64,000 bases of DNA from Candidatus Latescibacterota bacterium (GTDB lineage: Bacteria > Latescibacterota > UBA2968): positions 3,712,001-3,776,000 of the forward strand of contig OZ242311.1 in the NCBI GenBank assembly GCA_965207885.1. Reading direction: 5' to 3'. Within the stretch, counting starts at the first letter, position 1, and the number at the start of each line of letters is the position of its first letter. Position numbers and translations under genes: made by a program. The notes beneath the pieces were generated by a model that was not told where the DNA came from, did not search any database, and saw only the letters and a list, made by a program, of their open reading frames with translations. Positions 1-9,752 of this stretch are shown here, one piece after another.

Positions 1-806
1 ATGCCGAGGGCGGCCTTTTCGATATCGGCGGTCTCATCTACGACTACAGGAGGATTGCCAGGTCCTGCTGCGATCACGCGCTTGGGTGCTTGCATGGCCG
101 CTTTGACAACACCGCCCCCACCGGTGACGAGAACGAGATCAATGACGGGATGCACAAAAAGGCTCTGCGCCGTTTCTATGGATGGTTCGCGCACAGCGAC
201 GAGCAGATTTGGTGGACCGCCCGCGCCGACAATGGCGCGATTGAGCATCTGAAGACCCAGAGCCGAAACATCTTTCGCGCTCGGATGGGGCGCAAAAACC
301 GCGCTATTGCCCGCAGCGACAAAGCTAATTGCATTGTTGACCATCGTGGGCACCGGGTGCGTGGATGGCGTGACCGCTGCTATCACGCCAAAGGGCGCCA
401 TTTCAACAACCGTCAAACCATTGTCGCCCGTCCACGCCGTGGGTTGCAAATCTTCAACGCCAGGTGTGTGTTGTACAACAACCTCGAGTTTGCGAATTTT
501 GTGCGGCACCTTACCCATGCCGGTTTCTTCAACGGTTTTTTGCGCGATACCCTTTGAATGCGCCATAGATTCGCGGCGGATCGCAGAAATAAGCTCGCGG
601 CGTTGCTCCAGACTCATTGCTTCAAGGGCACGCTGGGCTTCTGAAGCTGCAGCAATAGCTTCTTCGAGATCATCAAAAAGGCCATCGTCGCCTTTGTTTT
701 CATAGCGCGCGGGCGGTGCAATAACAGCAGGGGCTTCGCGCTCAGCCACAAGGCGACGCACGACCTGCTCAACCACCGATTGGATTTGAATTTCGTCTAA
801 GTTCAT
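1..806 (-). CDS. BMC-associated acylating aldehyde dehydrogenase (EutE/PduP family), 3'-truncated by the window edge
   Basis: Absent from the ORF track (no stop in window). Manual translation from ATG 806: MNLDEIQIQSVVEQVVRRL...EETGMG...TPGVEDL...APFGVIAAVTPSTHP...VTGGGGVV...AGPGNPPVVVDETAD, the EutE/PduP motifs. Lies directly after BMC shell genes. Confidence 0.93.
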   Translation of the reverse strand, partial: MNLDEIQIQSVVEQVVRRLVAEREAPAVIAPPARYENKGDDGLFDDLEEAIAAASEAQRALEAMSLEQRRELISAIRRESMAHSKGIAQKTVEETGMGKVPHKIRKLEVVVQHTPGVEDLQPTAWTGDNGLTVVEMAPFGVIAAVTPSTHPVPTMVNNAISFVAAGNSAVFAPHPSAKDVSALGLQMLNRAIVGAGGPPNLLVAVREPSIETAQSLFVHPVIDLVLVTGGGGVVKAAMQAPKRVIAAGPGNPPVVVDETADIEKAALG

Positions 807-823
807 ATCTCACTTCGCACGTC

Positions 824-1114
824 TCACTTCTGATAAACCGCTTCACCTTCGATTTCTGCCGTGTCGATAATAGCGACAATCACAGCATCGACAGGGCGAT
901 CTTCAGTCACACTCGTCATGCGGGCGGAACTTCCACTACAACAGAGCACGACTTCGCCATCGCCTGCACCAACAGCATCTACGGCGACCAAAAAACTTTC
1001 TTTGAGTTCGAATGCGGGCAAATCAAGCGTTTGGACGATCTGGAGCTTAAAACCCGCCAGACCGCTGTCTTTTTGGGTGGCAACCACCGTTCCCACCACC
1101 TTGCCGAGGGTCAT
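824..1114 (-). CDS. BMC vertex pentamer (EutN/CcmL family)
   Basis: GKVVGTVVATQK...VAVDAVGAGDGEVVL..SGSSAR...PVDAVIVAIID is the BMC-P signature. Confidence 0.96.
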   Translation of the reverse strand: MTLGKVVGTVVATQKDSGLAGFKLQIVQTLDLPAFELKESFLVAVDAVGAGDGEVVLCCSGSSARMTSVTEDRPVDAVIVAIIDTAEIEGEAVYQK

Positions 1115-1117
1115 AGT

Positions 1118-1402
1118 TTAGCCGTCTGAAGAGCCGATAGGCAGAATATTTTCAAGGCTACCATGTGGTCGCGGAATGACGTGTACGGAAACGAGTTCTC
1201 CAATTTTGCCAGCGGCAGCAGCACCGGCTTCCGTTGCAGCTTTAACAGCTGCCACATCGCCGCGCACAATAGCAGTGACATATCCTGCGCCAATGCGTTC
1301 CCAATTGACAAATTGGACATTGGCGGCTTTGACCATCGCATCTGCAGCCTCAATCATAGCTACGAGACCTTTGGTTTCAATCATGCCGAGGGCTTCACCC
1401 AT
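1118..1402 (-). CDS. BMC shell hexamer (PduA/EutM-like)
   Basis: [26 protein letters not shown]...GDVAAVKAA...VHVIPRPH. Confidence 0.97.
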   Translation of the reverse strand: MGEALGMIETKGLVAMIEAADAMVKAANVQFVNWERIGAGYVTAIVRGDVAAVKAATEAGAAAAGKIGELVSVHVIPRPHGSLENILPIGSSDG

Positions 1403-1424
1403 GTTGTGTCCTCCTGAAAAATGA

Positions 1425-1697
1425 TCATTGTGTACTGAAAATAACCGTCTCTACCTGTGGATCGAGATTTGGGATAACGTGAGCGGCAACGAGATCGCCA
1501 ACGCGCTCGGCAGCTTCTATTCCCGCTTCGATAGCTACGTGAACCGCGCCCACATCGCCGCGTACGAGTGTGGTGGTATATCCCGCACCGATTTTTTCGT
1601 ACTTTTCAATCGTGACGAGAGCCGTCTTAACCATGGCATCGGCAGCTTCTGTTGTGCCAATAACGCCGAGTGTTTCAATCATACCAAGAGCATTCAT
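1425..1697 (-). CDS. BMC shell hexamer (divergent paralogue)
   Basis: ALGMIETLG...[10 protein letters not shown]...[16 protein letters not shown]...HVIPN. Confidence 0.95.
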   Translation of the reverse strand: MNALGMIETLGVIGTTEAADAMVKTALVTIEKYEKIGAGYTTTLVRGDVGAVHVAIEAGIEAAERVGDLVAAHVIPNLDPQVETVIFSTQ

Positions 1698-2401
1698 TTT
1701 ATCATAAACACCGTATCTCCACAGACGAGATCGGCTGCGTTGGCGTCGTCGGTATCCAAATGGAGTTCGGGCAAATAGCTTTCGTCAATTTTGAGGCGCA
1801 CATTATCATATATAACGCCTTTTTCGCCTCCCACGCGCACCCTGACAGATTCCCGCCCTTGAAAGCCATAATCTATTACATCAGATGGACGCAGGTGAAT
1901 GTGGCGCGCCGCGCGAATGGCTGCGTTGACCGTGACCGACCCCTTGGGACCGATAAAAGTAACAGGTGGCGCATCTCTCAGGTCTCCCGAATCCCTCACA
2001 GGCGGGTCAACACCGATATAGATGGCATCGGTTCGGGCGAGTTCGACCTGATTATAGTCGCGACTGGGACCGAGAATTCGCACGCGCTCAATCGCGCGCA
2101 ACCGGGGGCCAACAACAGATATGACTTCCTCGGCGGCAAAAGCACCCGGCTGATAGAGTTCTCGATAAGGCGTTAAGGTGTGACCCGCACCAAAAAGGAT
2201 CTCCAGAGTTTCGTCGTCAACATGTGCATGCCGGGCAGACACACCTGCAGAAATGGGAATTTCTGCGTTATCTCCACCGCGTATTTGGAGCACGACTTCT
2301 TGCGCAATGCGATCAATCGCATCGCTTTCCCCGCTGTTTTGCCCGAAAGAACAAAGCCCGCAGTCATCGCACACAGAGGCATTTTTTCGCATTGGAAACA
2401 T
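1694..2401 (-). CDS. pduL: Phosphate acyltransferase PduL (PTAC) with N-terminal extension
   Basis: GVSARHAH...ELYQPGAFAA...VRILGPSR..QVELARTD...PPVRDSGD...ARHIHL...LHLDTDDANAA. Start uncertain (2407 TTG, 2401 or 2392 ATG). Confidence 0.92.
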   Translation of the reverse strand: MFPMRKNASVCDDCGLCSFGQNSGESDAIDRIAQEVVLQIRGGDNAEIPISAGVSARHAHVDDETLEILFGAGHTLTPYRELYQPGAFAAEEVISVVGPRLRAIERVRILGPSRDYNQVELARTDAIYIGVDPPVRDSGDLRDAPPVTFIGPKGSVTVNAAIRAARHIHLRPSDVIDYGFQGRESVRVRVGGEKGVIYDNVRLKIDESYLPELHLDTDDANAADLVCGDTVFMIK

Positions 2402-2440
2402 TGTCAAAGTTCTGTATCAGGTGCTGTTTACAAAGGGCGA

Positions 2441-2469
2441 AAAATAGCCCATGCCTGCTGTAAAGTCAA
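2441..2469 (-). promoter_or_regulatory. Putative sigma-70 promoter of the BMC operon
   Basis: Minus strand TTGACT-N17-TATTTT about 40 nt upstream of pduL. Confidence 0.6.
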
Positions 2470-2559
2470 GAGCTAAACACGCCGTAAAAAGCGCCATGCT
2501 TGACAAGTACCGCGCTTTGAACCAAATTCAGAGAGACTGTTTTATTTTTTCTAACCATC

Positions 2560-4179
2560 ATGAGAAATATACACTTGCTACTTAGATCGCTCATGTGCAT
2601 CCTGCTGTTTTTCTATATAGCCAGCCCGGCAATCAGCGAAGATGCCTCACCCGATATTCCACTGTATCATCCCGTGTATCCCTTATTGGATCGCCTGAAT
2701 GCACGAGACTGGGTCGCCGTACCCGATACGCGTCCCTTGACCCGGATACAAGTTGTGCGGATGCTGTCCGCCGTGTCCAGTCAATCTATGTCGGCAACCG
2801 AGCGCGGCCTCATCAACCGATATATCGCAGAATTGGAAAATCGCGCGGCCTTTGCACGCGAACCCCGATGGACCTGGCACGACTCTGCGGCGTCCGTCAC
2901 CCTCGAACCGCTGGCACGGCAACAGGTGATTGCGCGCAGGGGCGATGGATTTTTGAACGAGACCGCGTCGCAAACCTATATTGGTGGTTCTATGCGCGGG
3001 CGATTCCACACATTGGGATTTTATGCACGCCACTTTGAGGCCCGCGAGTGGAGCAACCAACCGCGCCTTCGCCGAGAAGATGTGCTGGCCCATCCCCTTG
3101 AAGACGTGCAACTCAAAGGCAAAAAAGTGGATTTCCGCGAAAGCGCGTTTCAACTGGCCTGGGCAAATACATGGATGCGTGTAGATGTGGGTAAAGGAAG
3201 CCTCAGTTGGGGGCCCGGACGCACGGGAAATTTATTGCTCTCCAACAATGCGCCATCTTATGGCTTGTTCCGGTTGCGGACATCACATGGGCGATTGCGC
3301 TATACCCATATCGCTTCATCACTGCGCGCACGCCCGGGATTAATCGACACGACGCGACGGTGGATCGACAATGGGCATGTGCGTATTTTTTTAAGGCAGA
3401 AGCGACTTGCCGCGCACCGACTGGAGATTGCGTTCTCAAAAGTGAGAATAGGATTGCACGAGGCAGTGGTATATGGCGACCGAGGATTTGAACTGCTCTA
3501 CGTTTTGCCAGTCGCCGTATTTGCTGGAACGCAAAACCACCTGGGAAATCGCGACAATCTCGTAATTGGAGCCGATATATCAGCTCACATCCTGACGGGA
3601 CTAACACTTTATGGCGCGTGTTTTTTCGACGATATGGTCAAATTCGATCCCAATGCGTTTTCCAATCAATTTGCCTTTCAATTGGGCGCATTCTGGGTCG
3701 ATCCCTTGGGCTTGCGAGATACTGACGTACGCGCCGAATATGTGCGTGTGGAGCCTTATGTGTACGCACACAATTTCCACATCAATACGTATGAACACTA
3801 CGACGCGCTGTTGGGCTATCCAACCGGACCAAATGCAGACCGATATTTTGCACGAGTGACACACCGCTTTTCGCCGAGCCTGAATGCGTCTTTAACTTTT
3901 GAAAGAGAGCGACAAGGTGAAAATCCAGTAAATCCAGATGGAACAATTGTCAATGTAGGCGGCAATGCACAACTGGGGCGTCGATTAGAGGACCCAACTA
4001 CGCGAAACTTTATGTCGGGCAATATAGAGACACTAAAAAAAATAGGTGGCCACGTGTTATTCGCACCCGTGAGAAATTGGACTTTACAAATGCAATATCA
4101 ACACCATCGCATCACAACACAGCAAAGCAGGGTAACAGGGCATGAGTGGACAGCGACAATGGCTGTGAACTTCTATTAA
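2560..4179 (+). CDS. Capsule assembly Wzi-family outer-membrane beta-barrel protein
   Basis: Signal peptide; HPVYPLLDRL..RP.TR N-terminal motif; WGPGRTGNLLLSNNAP Wzi-type motif; aromatic C-terminus; heads the glycan locus. Confidence 0.8.
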   Translation: MRNIHLLLRSLMCILLFFYIASPAISEDASPDIPLYHPVYPLLDRLNARDWVAVPDTRPLTRIQVVRMLSAVSSQSMSATERGLINRYIAELENRAAFAREPRWTWHDSAASVTLEPLARQQVIARRGDGFLNETASQTYIGGSMRGRFHTLGFYARHFEAREWSNQPRLRREDVLAHPLEDVQLKGKKVDFRESAFQLAWANTWMRVDVGKGSLSWGPGRTGNLLLSNNAPSYGLFRLRTSHGRLRYTHIASSLRARPGLIDTTRRWIDNGHVRIFLRQKRLAAHRLEIAFSKVRIGLHEAVVYGDRGFELLYVLPVAVFAGTQNHLGNRDNLVIGADISAHILTGLTLYGACFFDDMVKFDPNAFSNQFAFQLGAFWVDPLGLRDTDVRAEYVRVEPYVYAHNFHINTYEHYDALLGYPTGPNADRYFARVTHRFSPSLNASLTFERERQGENPVNPDGTIVNVGGNAQLGRRLEDPTTRNFMSGNIETLKKIGGHVLFAPVRNWTLQMQYQHHRITTQQSRVTGHEWTATMAVNFY

Positions 4180-4192
4180 GCGGGAAAGAGAA

Positions 4193-5365
4193 ATGAGTCA
4201 TCGCCAGTACCTGTGGGGCTTGCTCGCATTCGCATTATTATTGCGCGTAGGGTTTGGGTTGTCGCAATCCGATTTGACCAATTCATCTGATGAGGTACAT
4301 TGGGATCGTTTGGGGCAGGCTTATGTCGCGCTGGGCGTTTTGCACCCCGATACCGGAATGTACCGCCCCCCATTATACGGCTTATTTCTGGCGGGCATGT
4401 ATCGTACATTTGGTCACAAACCCGTCCTGGTGCGGATTGCCCAGGCCATCTTGGGCACAATCACCTGCTATTTCATCTATGTTCTGGGCTGTAGAATGGG
4501 CAGGGTATTGGTCGGTCTGATCGCTACTGGTTTGTTCGCTATTTATCCGTTATTTATATATTTTTCCGGCGTGTTGATGGCCGAAACCATTCTGATTTTT
4601 TTGACGACTATTAGCTTTTTGTGCTGTGTCCAATTCTGGAAAAAAAACACCTTTCCGATGGCGATGATATTTGGTGGAATTGTGGGACTATCCGCACTTT
4701 GCAAGCCCGTTTTATTGCCCTGGTTACCTCTTGTTCTCTTTTTTTGGTGGCAAAAATCTCGCCTGACACCTGCACAAAAAGCATCGCGCGTGCTAACCGT
4801 AGTCGGCGCACTCTGCCTGATTATTTTGCCCTGGACAGCGCGCAATCATATCGTCTCGGGCGAATTTGTGCCTATCTCGACTAATTTGGGGATCAACTTG
4901 CTGGTGGGAGCACACCCAGAAGGACGCGGCGTTTACGACAACCACATCGATTATCTGGCACTTTATCACACACTGGCCGACACATCTCAGGGTGCAGCCG
5001 CCGACCGCCGCGTCGCGGGCGTTGTGATAGAGTGGATAATCGCGCAACCACTGCACTATCTGAGTTTGAGCATTGACAAACTGCTCTATTTTTGGTGCCC
5101 CTGGGTGCCGGGAGAGCCGCCATTATACAACGCAATTGCCGTGCTTTCCTGTACCCCATTGCTAACCCTGGGACTTGCCGGCACATTTATCCAACGCCAG
5201 AGGTCCGAAGGTCTGGCACTTATTCTACTGATAATTTGCATGTCACTATTGCACATGGTATTCTTTGCTCACACGCGCTTTCGGCTACCTGTTGACGCGG
5301 TTTTGTGCGCGCCTGCGGCCTGGGTATGTGTGCAGTGGATTAACCGAATAGGGCGAAGGGCGTGA
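4193..5365 (+). CDS. GT-C fold glycosyltransferase (ArnT/PMT-like, family 39/83)
   Basis: Multi-TM; DE motif after TM1 (SSDEVHWD), YRPPLY, PWTARN, HTRFRLP. Confidence 0.8.
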   Translation: MSHRQYLWGLLAFALLLRVGFGLSQSDLTNSSDEVHWDRLGQAYVALGVLHPDTGMYRPPLYGLFLAGMYRTFGHKPVLVRIAQAILGTITCYFIYVLGCRMGRVLVGLIATGLFAIYPLFIYFSGVLMAETILIFLTTISFLCCVQFWKKNTFPMAMIFGGIVGLSALCKPVLLPWLPLVLFFWWQKSRLTPAQKASRVLTVVGALCLIILPWTARNHIVSGEFVPISTNLGINLLVGAHPEGRGVYDNHIDYLALYHTLADTSQGAAADRRVAGVVIEWIIAQPLHYLSLSIDKLLYFWCPWVPGEPPLYNAIAVLSCTPLLTLGLAGTFIQRQRSEGLALILLIICMSLLHMVFFAHTRFRLPVDAVLCAPAAWVCVQWINRIGRRA

Positions 5366-6756
5366 TACTTCGAGCAGATTTTTTTGACCCTGCAAAACCT
5401 CACCTGCTGGTTCTGGTGTGTTTTGGGCAGATATTGTTGATTGCACTACCGTTTTTAGTAAATGACGCGCTTGCGGCAATTCTCGTCTTGAGCTTGTTGT
5501 CGGCAATCGCACTTTTTGGCTCTCTCACGCTGTCAGTGCTCTATTTGTGTTTCACCGCCGCGGTTGTGCCTTCCTGGTTTTACGAAGACTATCTGACCTT
5601 GCCTCTGGACTTCAAATTTTATGAAGGTCTTCTCGTAGTGGTGATGGGCATTGCCGCGCTCAACTATTTGTTAGAAGGCCGATGGAATTGGCGACGGCAT
5701 ACTTTTTTGGATCAACCAATGCGCGTATTGCTGGGGCTGGTCGTATTTTCATGCTTGTTGGGGTTGATCTACGGACAGTCGGTCTCGCAAATGTTGCGCG
5801 ATGTGCGCTATCCATTATACTACACGTTGTTCTTTGTGATAACGTGGTTTTTTGATATACGGAGATTCTCCACATTCCTGCATTTATTTCTCTTCATCGC
5901 CGCAATTGTCGGCATCGAGTACTTGTTTGAATTTCTTTTACAGGTAGATGCGAACATTGCGGGCGGTTTTGTTCGGGTCGCACGGCTCGAAGGTATTGTG
6001 TTGCCGATGGGCATACTCATTATTGCCGCCATTTTGTTATTTGAAGCACGGGCATACAGACGAGCATGGGCGTGGGGTGCGATATTGCCTATCGGGCTGG
6101 CCCTGGTTTTGACAATGGGGCGGGGCATGTGGATTTCACTATTCGTAGGGCTGGGCAGCCTCGCCGCGTTGACTGTGCTGGACAAGCAGGCCGCCCCCCG
6201 ACGCCTGTCGCGTCTTTTTATAGTGGCATTGGTTCCCCTGCTGCTATTGGCGATGGGTTATATTTTCCAGCAACAAACCCGTGCTGCCGTCAGTGATATC
6301 GCATTGGACCGCGTGACGCGCAGCGTTGAAGCCATAAGTGGGCGGTTGATATCTTATGGCAAAGCACTGGAAAAAATTCGTCAGCGCCCTTTGCTCGGCG
6401 GCGGACACGGTGAAACCGTGACGTCTTTGGTGACATTTCCACCACCGCCACAGATATTGACAGTAGGTGCAGTTGACAACGTTTATTTAACGATTGGGAT
6501 GCGAATGGGGCTGGTTGGCGTCGCAGCATTTTTGTGGGTCTTCGGCTTTGCTCTGTGGCGTGCATATCTATTATTCCAGCAAAGTTCTGATACCCGCGTG
6601 CGTCTATTCTGCGCGGCATTTATCGCCATTTACGCTGCGCTACTGGTCTATGGCATGGCAGACGCAACCCTCTTTGCCAATCGGTTGATCTTCATCCATG
6701 CGACATTTTTGGGGCTTATTGCGCGGCTGGTAGCAGAGGAAAAAAATAATGCCTGA
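5362..6756 (+). CDS. O-antigen ligase / Wzy polymerase family membrane protein
   Basis: About 12 TM segments; TMGRGMW, RPLLGGGHG, DNVYL...GLVG motifs. Confidence 0.8.
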   Translation: MILRADFFDPAKPHLLVLVCFGQILLIALPFLVNDALAAILVLSLLSAIALFGSLTLSVLYLCFTAAVVPSWFYEDYLTLPLDFKFYEGLLVVVMGIAALNYLLEGRWNWRRHTFLDQPMRVLLGLVVFSCLLGLIYGQSVSQMLRDVRYPLYYTLFFVITWFFDIRRFSTFLHLFLFIAAIVGIEYLFEFLLQVDANIAGGFVRVARLEGIVLPMGILIIAAILLFEARAYRRAWAWGAILPIGLALVLTMGRGMWISLFVGLGSLAALTVLDKQAAPRRLSRLFIVALVPLLLLAMGYIFQQQTRAAVSDIALDRVTRSVEAISGRLISYGKALEKIRQRPLLGGGHGETVTSLVTFPPPPQILTVGAVDNVYLTIGMRMGLVGVAAFLWVFGFALWRAYLLFQQSSDTRVRLFCAAFIAIYAALLVYGMADATLFANRLIFIHATFLGLIARLVAEEKNNA

Positions 6757-7669
6757 GCGCGTGACAGCAATAGTGGTCAATTGGAATGCCGGAGAACATC
6801 TGGCGCAATGCGTTACAGCATTGATCGATCAGTGTGGAATTGATCTCGATGTGATCGTAGTCGATAACGCATCGTCGGACAACAGTCTGGAGGCATTGAA
6901 AACTTATGGCGACCGCGTGCGCGTGATTCAAACCGGCGAAAATCTGGGTTTTGGGCGCGCAGTGAACCGCGGTGTGGCTGTCTCGCATAGCGCAATTGTC
7001 GTAGCCATGAATCCCGATGTTGTGTTGCAGCCAGATGCTGTGAATACAATGGTCGAATTTTTGAACACTCACGCCAATGTGGGCATGGTAGGGCCAAAGT
7101 TGAAAGACGCGGATGAACAGGTACTGGCCTCATGCGGCGAAGCGCCGAGGCTCAGAGATGAAATCTGTCGTAAATTCCTATTGCATCTAATATTTCCATT
7201 GCTTAAATTTCGGCGACGAAGCCCCTCCAAACCCGAAGCCGTGGCCTGGGTAACCGGGGCGTGTTTCGCGGTTCGTCGCCGCGTTCTGGACGCAGTCAAC
7301 GGGTTGGACGAGGCCATTTTTATGTATTACGAAGATGTAGATCTCGGCCTGAGCATCAACCGTGCGGGCTGGCAGGTCATGTATTTGCCCCACGCCGAAG
7401 GCATACATATTGGGGGCGAAAGTTCCAAACAGGCATTGACGCGGATGCTCGTGGTCAGTGAAGCGTCTTATGCCTATTTTATTGCCAAACACCTGGGGCA
7501 ATGGGCCGCGCGCTTGCTCAGGCTCCTCCGCCCCATCGAAATGACATTGCGCGCATTGCTCTGGGGAAGTGTGTTTTTACTCGCCCACAGCCGTCGCACA
7601 GAAGCGCGAGCGCGTTTGCGGGCTTACTGGTTTATCTTAACTCACGGCGCTGTGGAGGAAGGTCCATGA
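6749..7669 (+). CDS. Glycosyltransferase family 2 (WbbL-like)
   Basis: VVNWNAG..VVDNASSD..NLGFGRAVNRG..NPD..WVTGAC..DEAIFMYYEDVD. Confidence 0.92.
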   Translation: MPERVTAIVVNWNAGEHLAQCVTALIDQCGIDLDVIVVDNASSDNSLEALKTYGDRVRVIQTGENLGFGRAVNRGVAVSHSAIVVAMNPDVVLQPDAVNTMVEFLNTHANVGMVGPKLKDADEQVLASCGEAPRLRDEICRKFLLHLIFPLLKFRRRSPSKPEAVAWVTGACFAVRRRVLDAVNGLDEAIFMYYEDVDLGLSINRAGWQVMYLPHAEGIHIGGESSKQALTRMLVVSEASYAYFIAKHLGQWAARLLRLLRPIEMTLRALLWGSVFLLAHSRRTEARARLRAYWFILTHGAVEEGP

Positions 7670-8778
7670 TTCCCATTTTTCGTCCCTGGTTTGACAACGC
7701 AGAAGTCGAAGCTGTGCGCGAGGTATTGATGTCCGGTTGGGTCGGACCCGGGGAAAAGGTCGAAGAACTCGAAGCGCGATTTGCCCATTATGTGGGAGCA
7801 CAACACGCGGTATCTCTGAACTCGTGCTCTGCAGCACTGCTGTTGGCCTTGAAAACACTGGATATAGAAGGGGGAGAGGTCATTACCACACCCTTGACCT
7901 TTGTATCGACCAATCACGCAATTTTGCAAAACGGAGCCACGCCGGTTTTTTGCGACATAGATCCCGAAACACTCAATATCGATCCAAAAGCAATTGCCGC
8001 CAAAATCACGGCGCGCACCCGAGCGATTATGGTGGTGCATTTTGCCGGGCACCCTTGCGACATGGATGAGATTCTATCCATCGCAAACCAGCACGGAATT
8101 CCAGTCGTAGAAGACGCCGCACACGCCAGCGGCGCGCGTTACAAAGGCCAAATGGTCGGCGGAATGGGCACAGTAACATGTTTTAGTTTTGATGCGCGTA
8201 AAAATTTGTCAACATGTGACGGTGGGATGTTGACCACCAACAATTCAGACCTTGCCGAGCGCGCGCGAAAACTGCGCTGGATGGGCATCTCTCGCGGAAC
8301 TTATGATCGGTTTCGAAAAAATGGCGCAGAGCGCCGATGGGAATACGAAGTAGGCGAACTCGGCTATAAATGCTATATGAACGATCTCAATGCGGCAATT
8401 GGTCTGGTGCAATTGGGCAAATTGGAGTCAGCCAATGCACAACGCCGAGAGATTTTTTTGCAGTACGGACGTGCATTTGCCGCCCTCGACTGGATGCAAA
8501 TACCTGTAGAAAAACCCCAGGTTCGCAGTGCAATGCACGCTTATGTGGCACGCGTATCCCAGCGCGATGAATTGATAGATCATCTGGGGCAACACAACAT
8601 CGATGCGGGCGTACACTACAAGCCCTGCCATTTATTTGAAGTGTACAAACCCTATCGTACCGACCTGCCCATCACCGATGCCGTGTGGCGCAATCTGGTC
8701 ACGCTGCCCCTGTTCCCAAGCATGACCGAAAACGAAATTGGACAAGTCATCGCAGCCGTGTGCGACTTTCAACCCTAA
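7666..8778 (+). CDS. DegT/DnrJ/EryC1/StrS PLP-dependent nucleotide-sugar aminotransferase
   Basis: Start reset to ATG 7666 (GGAGG RBS, ATGA overlap). VEDAAHASGA, FSFDARKNLSTCDGG (PLP Lys), GVHY.P, TLPLFP. Confidence 0.93.
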   Translation: MIPIFRPWFDNAEVEAVREVLMSGWVGPGEKVEELEARFAHYVGAQHAVSLNSCSAALLLALKTLDIEGGEVITTPLTFVSTNHAILQNGATPVFCDIDPETLNIDPKAIAAKITARTRAIMVVHFAGHPCDMDEILSIANQHGIPVVEDAAHASGARYKGQMVGGMGTVTCFSFDARKNLSTCDGGMLTTNNSDLAERARKLRWMGISRGTYDRFRKNGAERRWEYEVGELGYKCYMNDLNAAIGLVQLGKLESANAQRREIFLQYGRAFAALDWMQIPVEKPQVRSAMHAYVARVSQRDELIDHLGQHNIDAGVHYKPCHLFEVYKPYRTDLPITDAVWRNLVTLPLFPSMTENEIGQVIAAVCDFQP

Positions 8779-8786
8779 GGTGTGTT

Positions 8787-9752
8787 TTGACGCCCGTTAT
8801 CTTATTCGGTACTACCGCAATTCTATCGGCTTTATTCACAGCGGTTGCGCGCCTGATGGCTCGCCGTTTTAATGCGCCCGACGCGCCTGTTTCAACTCTG
8901 GGCGGTACAGCTTTGCTGGCCGCTCTTTTTTGTAGCTTTTGGTTTTTGCCTCAATCGCTCCCGTTGGGCCTCGTCATCGGTGCTGTGGGAATGGCACTCA
9001 TAGGCATTTTAGACGACTGGAAGCCTTTTGCACCGCTACACAAATTTGCGTTGACCCTTGTAGCTGCAGGCATTGCCGCCTACCTCGGCCCGTGTATCCA
9101 TCTCACAAATATTATCTGGATAGATCGCCCCCTGACTGCGCTGTGGATGGTCTGGATGTGCCATGCGTTCAATGTTCTGGACATGGAAGACGGTCTTTCC
9201 TCAGGTAGTGGAACCATTGCTTCGCTGAGTTTGTGGGTGATAAATGCTGGCGATTGGGCACTCGTAACAGCGGGCGCACTCACGGGGTATTTGCTACACA
9301 ATTTTCATCCCGCCCGCATCCTCATGGGCGACACCGGAAGCCTGTTAATTGGCTTTTTGCTCAGTAGTATGGCCGTTTCTGTCGCAAATCAAATTGGCGG
9401 TCTCATGGGGGTCATCGGACCTTTGATCGCTCTGGGCCTGCCCATCTTTGAAGCGATATTTATCAGTGCGATCCGATTTGCCAAAGGCCGCTCTATTGTC
9501 CGACCCAGCCGGGATCACGTCGCACAGCGATTGATACAATGGGGGCTACCAGTGCGTGCAGCAGTCGTTCTGATGTGGCTGACAGGCGCAATTTTGGGTA
9601 CTTTGGCTCTCGTGTTCGCGTTAGGGCATTGGATCAGTTTGGTGGCGTTGCGTGCCTTGCAATCGGTGCGTGGTGGGGATTGTCGCGCGTGGATATGGAA
9701 GGCGATGGATGTGATGGACGCCCGGTCGGTCTATTTGGCAAAAACTGGTTGA
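8787..9752 (+). CDS. MraY/WecA-like polyprenyl-phosphate sugar-1-phosphate transferase (possibly frameshifted at its 3' end)
   Basis: LGG, GILDD, FNVLDMEDGL, NFHPARILMGDTGS, RDHVAQRL motifs; probable TTG start at 8787. Confidence 0.85.
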   Translation: MTPVILFGTTAILSALFTAVARLMARRFNAPDAPVSTLGGTALLAALFCSFWFLPQSLPLGLVIGAVGMALIGILDDWKPFAPLHKFALTLVAAGIAAYLGPCIHLTNIIWIDRPLTALWMVWMCHAFNVLDMEDGLSSGSGTIASLSLWVINAGDWALVTAGALTGYLLHNFHPARILMGDTGSLLIGFLLSSMAVSVANQIGGLMGVIGPLIALGLPIFEAIFISAIRFAKGRSIVRPSRDHVAQRLIQWGLPVRAAVVLMWLTGAILGTLALVFALGHWISLVALRALQSVRGGDCRAWIWKAMDVMDARSVYLAKTG

